From Myxococcota bacterium (GTDB lineage: Bacteria > Myxococcota_A > Polyangia > Polyangiales > Polyangiaceae), in contig JBCCLB010000015.1 in the NCBI GenBank assembly GCA_039027095.1, positions 34,331 through 98,330 of the forward strand: DNA of 64,000 nt, read 5' to 3'. The notes under the pieces are model-generated. The model was not told where the DNA came from. It saw nothing but the letters and a program-made list of their open reading frames with translations, and made no database searches. A program made the translations under genes and the position numbers. Shown piece by piece: positions 9,220 through 17,609 of this stretch (position 1 is its first letter; each line of letters opens with the position of its first letter).

Positions 9220-10731
9220 CTACTGGGCGGCCGCGAGCTCGGGGCCCATGTGGGCCAATGGATCGATCTCATCGAAGAGCTCGGTGAAGTGCGCGAGCAA
9301 GAGCTGGCGCGCCAGCAGTCGCTTGTACCGAGCCGACCCGCGCACGTCGTCGATCGGCGTGGCTTCCCCCGCCGCGATGCTGAGCGCTTCTCCCACCACG
9401 GCGGGCGAGAGGCGTTTCCCCTGGAGAAAGATCCCGGTGCGCGTGAGCAGCTTGGGGGTGGGACCGACCCCGCCCATGCTGATCGCCGCGTGGGTCAGTA
9501 CGCCCGCCTCCCGCTCGAAGCGTGCGCCCGAGCACACGCTCGCGATGTCGAGCGCCTTGCGCTTCGATACCTTTTCGAAGTTGGTGAGGGTGTGCGCCGT
9601 CTCCCGAGCGAGGCGGATTTCGACGAGCAACTCGCCGGGGCGCTTGTCGAGTTGCTTGTAGCCTCGATAGAGATCACGAAGCGCGACGTCGCGGCGATCG
9701 TCGCCCTCCGCCAGCACGAGGGTCGCCCCGAGGGCGAGCAGGAGGTTGGTCATGTCGCCGATGGGCGAGGCGTTGACGATGTTTCCGCCGAGGGTGGCCC
9801 GATTGCGGATCGGTCGCGATGCAATGAGCCAGAGAAATCGATCGATACGAGGTACGAGGCGGCGGACGGCCTCGTGCTCGGCGAACTCGGTAAACGTCGT
9901 GAGCGCCCCCAGACTGAGGACCGGCCCTTCTTCGCGAATGCCGCGAATCCGAGGGTATTGCGCCGCGACGTCGTCCGCGGTGAGGAGACGGACCGGAGCC
10001 CCGGGGATTTCGGCGCCGCGCTGAACGTAGAGGTCGGTGCCTCCGGCGAGAAACAGGGGGGTGGGTGGCGTCGGCGCCGCGGGGGGAGGGGCGGGCGACA
10101 TTTCGGGTGACATTTCGGGTGACATTTCCGCCAGACGGTCACCGATCGAGGCGAAGTAGGACGGCAGGAGCTCGGCCTCGACGAGGGCGGGAAGGCGGTC
10201 GCCCTCGGGGGGACCCTTGGCCTTTACGGTCGCGAGGATGGCGTCGGCCGCCCTTTCGATGGCGTTGTACCCGGTGCATCGGCAGAGGTTGCCGCTGATG
10301 GCTTCGCGCATGCCTTCCCGCGACAAGTCGGCCCCCTCGGTCACGATCACGTACCACGTCATCGCGACGATGAATCCCGGGGTGCAGTAGCCGCACTGGG
10401 TGCCGCCATGGTGCACCATTTCTTCTTGCACCACGCTCAGCCGGCGTCCGGCCTGCCGGGACCGGGTGAGGTTGAGTCCCTCGACGGTGACGACGTGTTT
10501 GCCCGCCATTTCTCCGAGGGGCACGAGGCAGGCCGTCATCAATTCGTACCGCGGGCGACCGCCGTCGAGGGCGCCGACGAGAATTGCGCAGGCGCCGCAA
10601 TCGCCCTCCTTACAGCCTTCTTTGGTGCCCGTGAGTCGGCGTTCGCGTACGAAGTCGAGGACGAGGCGGCCGCGTGGCGCGTCCGTCTCCACGACTTCAT
10701 CGTTCAGCATGAAGGTCGTCGTCGCTCCCAT
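9220..10731 (-). CDS. xdhA: xanthine dehydrogenase small subunit (2x[2Fe-2S] + FAD-binding domain)
   Basis: Contains CKEGDCGACA (plant-type 2Fe-2S), GTQCGYCTPG...CRCTGY (second 2Fe-2S) and LFLAGGTDLYVQ (FAD domain). Size and gene order match bacterial xdhABC. Confidence 0.9.
   Translation of the reverse strand: MGATTTFMLNDEVVETDAPRGRLVLDFVRERRLTGTKEGCKEGDCGACAILVGALDGGRPRYELMTACLVPLGEMAGKHVVTVEGLNLTRSRQAGRRLSVVQEEMVHHGGTQCGYCTPGFIVAMTWYVIVTEGADLSREGMREAISGNLCRCTGYNAIERAADAILATVKAKGPPEGDRLPALVEAELLPSYFASIGDRLAEMSPEMSPEMSPAPPPAAPTPPTPLFLAGGTDLYVQRGAEIPGAPVRLLTADDVAAQYPRIRGIREEGPVLSLGALTTFTEFAEHEAVRRLVPRIDRFLWLIASRPIRNRATLGGNIVNASPIGDMTNLLLALGATLVLAEGDDRRDVALRDLYRGYKQLDKRPGELLVEIRLARETAHTLTNFEKVSKRKALDIASVCSGARFEREAGVLTHAAISMGGVGPTPKLLTRTGIFLQGKRLSPAVVGEALSIAAGEATPIDDVRGSARYKRLLARQLLLAHFTELFDEIDPLAHMGPELAAAQ
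10097..10132. repeat. 12-bp in-frame tandem repeat (3 copies) inside the xdhA inter-domain linker
   Basis: The sequence gacatttcgggt gacatttcgggt gacatttccgcc encodes EMSPEMSPEMSP on the reverse strand. It lies between the Fe-S and FAD domains. Confidence 0.9.
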
Positions 10732-10749
10732 CTTCCTCGAGGTACCTTA

Positions 10750-10895
10750 CACCCTCGACCACAACCGTTGATGGTGTCGCGATGCTCGCCGACAAGTCGG
10801 CGAGGGCGAGCATCGCTCCTCAGGGCCGGTTCTATCGTCTTGGGGGTGCCTTACTTTTTGGGCCGGTCAAATCTACCGATCTGCCCGGCACTATA
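10750..10895 (-). repeat. 146-bp intergenic element, copy A (sense orientation on minus strand), directly upstream of xdhA
   Basis: Hand alignment: the reverse complement of 19418..19563 matches 10750..10895 at 141/146 positions without gaps. The element ends 18 nt before the xdhA ATG (10731) and begins 32 nt after the stop of the kinase gene (10928). Confidence 0.9.
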
Positions 10896-10927
10896 TCGTA
10901 CCTTTCGGCATTCGGGTATGGCGGTGC

Positions 10928-12505
10928 TCAGCGGGATGGTCGCGTGCTCGGGTGGGGGCGGCGACGCGGGACCGACCGCCGCTCTGTCCACCGCCCCTCT
11001 GTCCACCAGCGGTCGGCATCGGCGGTGGTCCACGTCGGATACGCCTCCGACGCCATCAGCGCCTCGGCGACCGTGCGGGCATCCTCGAAGCGATCGGACG
11101 GGTTCTTCTCGAGCAGGCGAAGAATCACCACCTCGAGTTTCTCGTCGATGGCCATCCCGAGTCGTTTCGATGGCGGCACGGGGCAGGAATGCAGGTGATG
11201 GCTACACACCTCGACCGCCGTCTTGCCGACGAATATGTCTTCGCCGGTTACCAAAAAGTAACCGAGTGCGCCCAGGGCGTAGAGGTCCACCGGGGGGCCG
11301 ACCCGGTCGGGGTCCGTAATCGTCTCGGGCGCGAGGTAGCCCGGGGTTCCCGCCACCACGTCGGCCTCGGTGAGATGGCGGCCGCCGGCGGGCTCGACTT
11401 CTTTGACGAGCCCGAAGTCGAGCACTTTCACCACGTCGGGCATCTCGGCGAGGTGGCATAGAAATACGTTGGCCGGCTTGATGTCGCGATGAACCAGGCC
11501 GTGACGGTGCGCTTCGTGAAGCGAGCCGCAAATCTGCGTCAGAATACGGGCGACGCGACCCGCGGGTTGGGGACCATCGCGCTCGACCAATTCGGCGAGG
11601 TCGATCCCGTCGAGCAGCTCCATCGCGTAATAGAACACGCCCTCCTCACTGCGCCCGAAGTCGTAGATGTGCACGGTGTTAGGGTGATGGAGTTCACTCG
11701 TGAGCTGCACTTCCCGCTCGAAACGACGCGCCGCGAGGTCGCCCGTCTTTTCGGCGGGAAGCAGCTTCACCGCCGTGGGGCGGCGCAACATCGCGTGTTG
11801 CGCTCGGTACACGATGCCCATGCCGCCTTCGCCGATCTTTTCCTTCAGCGTGTACTGGCCGAGCCGCTCAGCTGTTTTCGCCCGCTCGCGCAGCCCGCTC
11901 ACGATGGACGAGCCGTAACCCGCGAGCCCCGACGCGATGACGGCGGACGTGGCCACGGCGGCGGTTTGAATTGCGGGGGCGACGACCTGGGTCGCAGGCA
12001 TCCGCCACGCCAAGTACGCCTGGACGGCCACGAGAGGCGCGAAACACGCCAGTGAGACCCCCACCGTGCGCTGGCCTGAACTCGGGATGATGAGGGCCCG
12101 GCCGAACACGAGAAACCCCACGAATACGATCCCCATGTAGGGACCGACGCGAAGGTCGCGATTCAGGTACACGGTGCCGGCGAGAAGCGCCGCGGGATCG
12201 GTGACGCAGGCGACGTCGGCCCAGCGTGCGACCTTGGGGCTCCAGCGGCCGCGGGCCGCCGACCGCCAAAGACCGCCCATGAAAACGAGGGCCAGCCCGA
12301 TCACGAGAAAGCTGCCGGGCCTGATGCGCTGGCCCGTCTGCGTCAGCACCCGGGTCATGCCCATGGCCGTGCCTTGCACGAGCATCACCCCCAACATGGC
12401 CCGCGCGAACATCGCGACGCGCTCCTGCAAGAACGCGCGCCCCGCTTGCGTGGAGACGTCGATGGCGGCCCCACGAAATCCGATGGGGAGGGGAACGGTG
12501 GTCAT
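10928..12505 (-). CDS. membrane-embedded Ser/Thr protein kinase (polytopic N-terminus, C-terminal Hanks kinase domain)
   Basis: Kinase motifs GEGGMGIVYRA, AVKLL, HRDIKPANVF, DFG and GTPGYLAPE. About 220 N-terminal residues carry several hydrophobic helices. ATG 12505 overlaps the polX stop (ATGA). The track ORF extension to 13600 overlaps polX in another frame. Confidence 0.9.
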   Translation of the reverse strand: MTTVPLPIGFRGAAIDVSTQAGRAFLQERVAMFARAMLGVMLVQGTAMGMTRVLTQTGQRIRPGSFLVIGLALVFMGGLWRSAARGRWSPKVARWADVACVTDPAALLAGTVYLNRDLRVGPYMGIVFVGFLVFGRALIIPSSGQRTVGVSLACFAPLVAVQAYLAWRMPATQVVAPAIQTAAVATSAVIASGLAGYGSSIVSGLRERAKTAERLGQYTLKEKIGEGGMGIVYRAQHAMLRRPTAVKLLPAEKTGDLAARRFEREVQLTSELHHPNTVHIYDFGRSEEGVFYYAMELLDGIDLAELVERDGPQPAGRVARILTQICGSLHEAHRHGLVHRDIKPANVFLCHLAEMPDVVKVLDFGLVKEVEPAGGRHLTEADVVAGTPGYLAPETITDPDRVGPPVDLYALGALGYFLVTGEDIFVGKTAVEVCSHHLHSCPVPPSKRLGMAIDEKLEVVILRLLEKNPSDRFEDARTVAEALMASEAYPTWTTADADRWWTEGRWTERRSVPRRRPHPSTRPSR

Positions 12506-14271
12506 GACCCCAGCCCCCGACGCGCGCGTTTTCTCTGCCGCCACGACATGAACCGCTCGCGGCTCCACGTGTTTACGATCCGTGCGGGGTCGAGCCACGC
12601 GCGACGGCAATGGATCCGCCCCCAATCCATGCGCATCAATTCTCGGTGATGGTGCGCGTCGGAGGTCATGATGAAGACGACGTCGCGGTCGCGGGCGCGC
12701 CGGAGGATGGCGACGCTCACGTCGAGACGGGGTAGCCCGCAGTTCACTTCGAGCGCCGTTTCCGTACGCTCCGCCGCGTCGAAGATCGCATCGAGGTCGA
12801 GGTCGACCGGAGGGCGTTTGCCGATGGTCCGACCGGTGAGGTGTCCGATCATCTGCACCGAAGGGTCCTCCATGGCGCGGATGAGCCGTTGGGTTTGGGC
12901 GTCGCGCGGTAGGTCGAAGTGGCTGTGGATCGACGCCAGACACCAGTCGAGGCTCATCCGAAAGTCGAGGTCGTAGTCGAGACTCCCGTCTCGGCCGATG
13001 TTGAGTTCGGCGCCGTGGAGCACCGTGAGGGTGTCGTCCGAGAGGGCTTCGATTTCGGCGCGTTGGGCCGCGAGCTGGGCCCGGGGAACGCCCTGCCGGG
13101 GGATGTCCTCGGCGTGTTCGGTAATGGCGAGGTAGCGGTATCCGCGCGCGCGTGCGGCCGCGACCACCTCGGCGAGCGGGCTCCGGCCGTCTCCGCTCAA
13201 GTCCGTGTGGACGTGAAGGTCGCCGAACACCGAACCCACCGGTGGGGGCAGGCGATGGGCCTCGGCGGCTTCGATCTCCCCCGCGTCTTCGCGCAGCTCG
13301 GGGGCGATCATGTCCAGGCCGAGGGCGTGGTAGATCTCTTCCTCGGTTTCCGCCGCGATGGTCGCGCCGGTGCGGGCGCACGCGAGGCCATACTCGTTGA
13401 GGGTTTGACCCCGCGCCAGCGCCCGTTGGCGGAGCTTGACGTTGTGCGCCTTGCTCCCGGTGAAGTAGAGCAGCGCCGCGCCGTACTGATGGGGGGCGAC
13501 CACCCGCATGTCGATCTGGAGGCCCTTGCGCGTCGACACGCTCGTCTTCTTGTCGCCGTGGACGAGGACCGCGTCGACCATGCTGAGCTTCGTCAGCCAC
13601 TCCATGATCGGCCGTGGGTCCGCCTCGCTCACCACGAGCAGGTCGAGGTCGCCGATCGTCTCCTGAAAGCGGCGCAAACTGCCGGCGTACGCCGCGTCGC
13701 GGACGTCATCCCGCGCGCGAAGGGCGGCGATGAGCCGTTGGGCAATGGGCATCGCCTTGGCGATCGCGATCCGACGGGGTGTCGACGGGGCGCCATCCGT
13801 CCCCGCCTCGCCCAGCCCGAGCCGCTCGAGGGTGGCTTTGAGCTTTTCTTCCTTTTTGGCCCCGAAACCCGCGAGTCCTCGGAGCCGCTGCCCTTCGAGG
13901 GCGTCGCGTAGTGCAGCGATCGACGTGACGCCCAACTCGCGACGGAGCTTGTCGACCGCTTTCGGTCCGATCCCCGGGATCTGGCTCAAGGCGACGACCG
14001 AGGGCGGGTACGCTTCGCGCAACCGGTCGAGCTGATCGAGATGGCCCGTGTCGAGAAAGGTCCGGATCTTCTTCGCCGTGCTCTTGCCGATGCCCTCGAC
14101 CGAGATGAGCTCTTTCTCGCCCATCGCTTCGATGTCTCCGACGAGCGACGCCACCGCGCGCGCGGCGCGTTCGTACGCGCGGACCCGGAACGCCTGTGGA
14201 CTCTGCTCGTCGAGGGTCGTGAGCTCGGCGAGCTCACGGAGCAAGTCCACGACGTCCGGTTTGCGATCCAT
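12502..14271 (-). CDS. polX: DNA polymerase X family protein with C-terminal PHP domain
   Basis: HhH motifs (GIGKSTAKKI, GIGPKAVDKL), nucleotidyltransferase segment GSLRRFQETIGDLDLLV, and PHP motifs DLHVHTDLSGDG, ITEHA, TSDAHH. Confidence 0.9.
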   Translation of the reverse strand: MDRKPDVVDLLRELAELTTLDEQSPQAFRVRAYERAARAVASLVGDIEAMGEKELISVEGIGKSTAKKIRTFLDTGHLDQLDRLREAYPPSVVALSQIPGIGPKAVDKLRRELGVTSIAALRDALEGQRLRGLAGFGAKKEEKLKATLERLGLGEAGTDGAPSTPRRIAIAKAMPIAQRLIAALRARDDVRDAAYAGSLRRFQETIGDLDLLVVSEADPRPIMEWLTKLSMVDAVLVHGDKKTSVSTRKGLQIDMRVVAPHQYGAALLYFTGSKAHNVKLRQRALARGQTLNEYGLACARTGATIAAETEEEIYHALGLDMIAPELREDAGEIEAAEAHRLPPPVGSVFGDLHVHTDLSGDGRSPLAEVVAAARARGYRYLAITEHAEDIPRQGVPRAQLAAQRAEIEALSDDTLTVLHGAELNIGRDGSLDYDLDFRMSLDWCLASIHSHFDLPRDAQTQRLIRAMEDPSVQMIGHLTGRTIGKRPPVDLDLDAIFDAAERTETALEVNCGLPRLDVSVAILRRARDRDVVFIMTSDAHHHRELMRMDWGRIHCRRAWLDPARIVNTWSRERFMSWRQRKRARRGLGS

Positions 14272-14341
14272 CCCGCGGTTTTGAGCGCTCGCGGCCGGCG
14301 TTTCAAGCCGGACGGCGCGCGCGGGCCCCGGTCGTGGCCCT

Positions 14342-14782
14342 TCAGAAGGGGGCGGACGTCGGGTTCTCGAGAATGTGGGGCACTTCCCCGCAATGAACCG
14401 AGGGGCTGCCCACCTCGGGGTAGGACTTCAGGATGTAGTCGGCGAGGTCGTTGCAGGTCGCGCCGCTGCCGCAATGGGCCACGTAGGCCGCGCCGCTTTC
14501 CTGAAATCGGGTGTCGTACTGGCGAAAGCTCACCTTCTGGGCCACCCCCGGCTCGTAGTCCGCCACCATGAAAAAGCGGCCGGCCTGGGACTTCACGGCG
14601 CTCTCGATGGCCTGCCAGTAGCGGTCGTGGTTGCCGTCCTGCGAGGCCATGAGGATGGCGTGCGCGTTGATGCAGTTGCCGGCGGTCTTCGACACACTTC
14701 CCGCCGCGTTTCCGTTCTGTACGGCCAAACCAAACGTCGCCAGCGCAGCCCCGCCCAACAGCAAATGCTTATTCATCATCAT
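14342..14782 (-). CDS. small secreted Cys-containing protein, unknown function
   Basis: Signal peptide MMMNKHLLLGGAALATFGLAVQNGNAAG and four Cys. An AAGGGAGA Shine-Dalgarno abuts three consecutive ATGs, so the exact start is 14776-14782. The track ORF is trimmed from 15112. Confidence 0.7.
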   Translation of the reverse strand: MMMNKHLLLGGAALATFGLAVQNGNAAGSVSKTAGNCINAHAILMASQDGNHDRYWQAIESAVKSQAGRFFMVADYEPGVAQKVSFRQYDTRFQESGAAYVAHCGSGATCNDLADYILKSYPEVGSPSVHCGEVPHILENPTSAPF

Positions 14783-14927
14783 TCTCCCTTTGGGCGCGGA
14801 CGCTACGATCGGGCGTCGGGCAGGGCAAGGGCCAACCGGCAGGGTTTCTTGCCTCCAGGGGGACCTCGGTGCGATCCTGCGTGCCCATGAGGTCCAACCG
14901 ACACGGCGGTCCGGACGGTGCGACGGC

Positions 14928-15734
14928 ATGAAGTCGATCGCCGTCGCCAGTCCCAAGGGAGGGGTCGGAAAGACCACCGTGGCGCTCCAGCTGGCCCACG
15001 CCCTCGTCAAGCGGCACCACCGCGCCTTGCTCGTGGACGGCGATCCCCAGGGCGCGATCGGCCTGTCGCTGTCGCCCAAACTCAACGCCGTACCCGGGTT
15101 CTCCGCGTTCATCGCCGAGGGGCGTCCGCTCGCGGAGGTCGTGGTGCCGACCCGCGTCGATGGCTTCGCGCTGCTTCCGGTGGGCCGGATCGGCCCGTAC
15201 GAGACCGAAGCCTTTGGGGCGGCGCTCGCGAGCGGAGAGCGACTGCGGCGCTTGGTCGACGAGGCCGCGGCCGACTACGACGTCGTGCTCTTCGACACCC
15301 CGAGCGGGTTTGGGGGGATCACGACCGGGGTGCTTCGCGCGGTGTCCTATGCCGTCTCGCCGCTCCAGGCCGAGCCGGTGGCGCTGCGAGCGCTGACGCA
15401 ACTTCTCGAAATGGTTCAGGTCTTGCGGCAAGAGGGGGCGGCCGTGCGGCTGGTCGGGCTCATCGTGACGATGCTCCAGGTCCGCAACGAGCATTCCTTC
15501 GACGTGGCCCGGGAACTGTTGGACCAATTCCCGCCCGACCTCCTCTTCAGTGCCAACGTGCCGCGTGACCCGGTGTTTTTGGAGGCGACGGCGAAAGGGG
15601 TCCCCGTCGGTCTGCTCCGTCGCCCCGCGCCGCCGGTGACGCACGTGTTCGACCTCATCGCGGCCGAGCTCGAGGAGCGGATGGGTCTGGTGGAGCAAGC
15701 GAGGAGCGATGAGCCCCAGCCTTTCCTGGTTTGA
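14928..15734 (+). CDS. ParA/MinD-family P-loop ATPase
   Basis: Begins MKSIAVASPKGGVGKTTVAL (deviant Walker A with signature Lys) and contains LLVDGDPQG and VVLFDTPSG. 268 aa. First gene of the five-gene cassette. Confidence 0.9.
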   Translation: MKSIAVASPKGGVGKTTVALQLAHALVKRHHRALLVDGDPQGAIGLSLSPKLNAVPGFSAFIAEGRPLAEVVVPTRVDGFALLPVGRIGPYETEAFGAALASGERLRRLVDEAAADYDVVLFDTPSGFGGITTGVLRAVSYAVSPLQAEPVALRALTQLLEMVQVLRQEGAAVRLVGLIVTMLQVRNEHSFDVARELLDQFPPDLLFSANVPRDPVFLEATAKGVPVGLLRRPAPPVTHVFDLIAAELEERMGLVEQARSDEPQPFLV

Positions 15735-16554
15735 GCCCATGGAGGTGAGCACGTTGCTCGGCGAACTTCCCGCGCGGAAAGAGGCCGTCAATCGCTTCGC
15801 GGGCATGGCGCGACGCGACCCCGGGCGGTTTGCGACCTCGGTGTCGACCCAGCCCGGGCCGGTGCCCGCGGCCGATGACGAGGACCACGACGAGGATTTC
15901 GACGCCAAGGCGACGCGTCTGGCGGCGGGGGCCGCGCGTCGTCCGGGGGGTGGATTTCCGCCGGCCGAGCCGATCCCATCGACGGCCGACGGGCCGCCGC
16001 GCGTGACCAAGCCACGACGCCACCGGGGCACGATCACGGCGCCCCCGTCTTCGTCGGAGCCCGACGGATACCCGGAGTCGGCCGATGTCCCTTCGTCGCG
16101 CCCCGCGCCGGTTCCTCCGTTCGTGGCGCCGCTTGGACCTTTCGAAGCGCGGCTCGAAGCCCTGCTCCAGTGGTGCCTCAGCGGTTGGACGGCGCCCGGG
16201 TTGCGCGGCGGGGCGGTGGCCGACCACGACGGGCTCCCGGTCGCCTTGGTGCCCCCGCCCGCGGGATCGGTTCCCATCGAACCCTCGTGGGCGCCGCTCG
16301 TCGCGGGCGCGCTCGAAGCGGCGGTTCAGGCGCTCACGGCGAGTGGGACCATCAAGGAGGGCCAGATCGCCTTCGAACGCGACGAGGGGAGCCGATGGGC
16401 GGCGGCGTGGGTCCCCGCCGTCGCGGGGCGACGGTGGTTCTTGCTGCTCTGGGGACGCGATGTGCCGACCGGGGTGCCTTGGGCGGCCATGATCGACGCG
16501 TTTCGCGAAGTATGTCGACGCGGACGCCACGAGCGAGGAGTCGGGACGTCGTGA
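15709..16554 (+). CDS. Roadblock/LC7 (MglB-like) domain protein with disordered acidic/Pro-rich N-terminal half
   Basis: The C-terminal ~130 aa (LEALLQWCLSGWTAPGLRGGAVADHDGLPVALV...GQIAFERDEGSRWAAAWVPAVAGRRWFLLLWGRDVPTGVPWAAMIDAFREV) has the Roadblock pattern; the assignment is by eye. ATG 15709 is preceded by GAGGAG and lies 26 nt inside the ParA-like gene. Alternative ATG at 15739. Confidence 0.65.
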   Translation: MSPSLSWFEPMEVSTLLGELPARKEAVNRFAGMARRDPGRFATSVSTQPGPVPAADDEDHDEDFDAKATRLAAGAARRPGGGFPPAEPIPSTADGPPRVTKPRRHRGTITAPPSSSEPDGYPESADVPSSRPAPVPPFVAPLGPFEARLEALLQWCLSGWTAPGLRGGAVADHDGLPVALVPPPAGSVPIEPSWAPLVAGALEAAVQALTASGTIKEGQIAFERDEGSRWAAAWVPAVAGRRWFLLLWGRDVPTGVPWAAMIDAFREVCRRGRHERGVGTS

Positions 16555-17609
16555 ACGAAGGGTTGCGGATCCGGTTGGAGGAGACGCGGGTGCTCCTGAG
16601 CCTGAGCCTGGTCGCTCCGGGCACGGCGGGGGGGCGCACCGTTTCCGACCGGTGGGTTCGAAGCGGCGCGTCGGGGTCTTCCCACGCCGGTGGGAGCGAC
16701 CCTACGTCGGAGGCCCGGGCCCTCGAGCTGGCGCGGTCGTTCGACATCGTGGCGGGCGCAGACCGCGCCGTCGACGCGATGCTCACCGCGGAAACGGACG
16801 TCGAGCTGGCCGTCGTCGTGCCCAGGGGCGCGACGGATCTCGCGGTCCTCTCCTTTCGCCCCTCGACCCCGCTCGGGCTCGTGCGGCTCATCGTCGCGCG
16901 GGCCCGCCCGTGGCTGGAGGAGGGCGCAAATGCGGCGTCCCCGCCGTCGGTCAAGCCGATCGAGCCGGTCGTGGCGCCCTCCGGCCCCCCGATCACGGCG
17001 TCGTACGAAGGCGCGCCCTCCCCTGCGACCGATGATGAGGACGTTCGACCGGGACTCCCGCCTCCCACCCAGCCGCCTGGGCCCGTCGGTGACCCCCGAC
17101 CCGAGCCGCCGCGCGAGACACAAACGCCGGGCGACACCGGACCGCCGGCGCCTCCGCTCGTGGCGGCGCGGCAGCCCCAAGCGGCGCCGACGTTGACGAG
17201 CCCGTCCCAGTTCCAGGCCGCGTCGAAAACGGTGGCGCGCGATGCGGCGGCGCCTCCGGCGGCGATGCGATCCGATTCGGCGCCGCCCCTCCTCGGGCCC
17301 TCGGGCGGCGCGGGACCCGGGTCTGGTGGAGGCGGCGACAGCGCGCGCTTCGCCGGACCCCCGGCGGGGGCGACACGGCCGACCACCACCCTCTCCGAGG
17401 CGTCGTCGGAGGCGGCGGCGCGGGGCGTTCGGCTCCTCGCGTACCTCGATGCCCACGCCGATGATGCGCATCTCGCCTTGCTGCGCGTGTCGCTTCAGAC
17501 CGGCCTCAGCATCGAGACGCTGCGCGCTCCCGAGGCGCTCGATGAGGACGCGTTGGAGTTCGTGGCGGCCTCCGTCCGTCGGATCCTGGGGCGCCCGCTG
17601 GAGATGTGA
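16551..17609 (+). CDS. Roadblock/LC7 (MglB-like) N-terminal domain protein with long Pro-rich linker and small C-terminal helical domain
   Basis: The N-terminal ~125 aa ends DLAVLSFRPSTPLGLVRLIVARARPWLEE, which closely resembles the MglB C-terminal strand/helix (SLGLVRLRIKKA, recalled from memory). GTG 16551 overlaps the upstream stop (GTGA) and has GAGGAG 10 nt upstream. Alternative ATG at 16512. Confidence 0.7.
   Translation: MNEGLRIRLEETRVLLSLSLVAPGTAGGRTVSDRWVRSGASGSSHAGGSDPTSEARALELARSFDIVAGADRAVDAMLTAETDVELAVVVPRGATDLAVLSFRPSTPLGLVRLIVARARPWLEEGANAASPPSVKPIEPVVAPSGPPITASYEGAPSPATDDEDVRPGLPPPTQPPGPVGDPRPEPPRETQTPGDTGPPAPPLVAARQPQAAPTLTSPSQFQAASKTVARDAAAPPAAMRSDSAPPLLGPSGGAGPGSGGGGDSARFAGPPAGATRPTTTLSEASSEAAARGVRLLAYLDAHADDAHLALLRVSLQTGLSIETLRAPEALDEDALEFVAASVRRILGRPLEM

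Noticed and set aside
10732-10927. Purine/xanthine riboswitch upstream of xdhA
   Set aside because: It is tempting because of the gene context, but I cannot match the element to the guanine/xanthine or NMT1 motif consensus from memory. The same element also precedes an unrelated gene. It needs an Infernal/Rfam scan.
12506-13600. N-terminal extension of the kinase ORF (track 10928..13600, 890 aa)
   Set aside because: The extension overlaps polX in a different frame and is Arg/Pro-rich. The ATG at 12505 with an ATGA overlap gives a coherent membrane-plus-kinase protein.
14837-14852. Sigma-54-like CGGCAGG-N-TTGCC upstream of the ParA-like gene
   Set aside because: The GG to GC spacing is 13 nt instead of the strict 12, and the -24 element lacks the TGGCAC core. 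It is not supportable.
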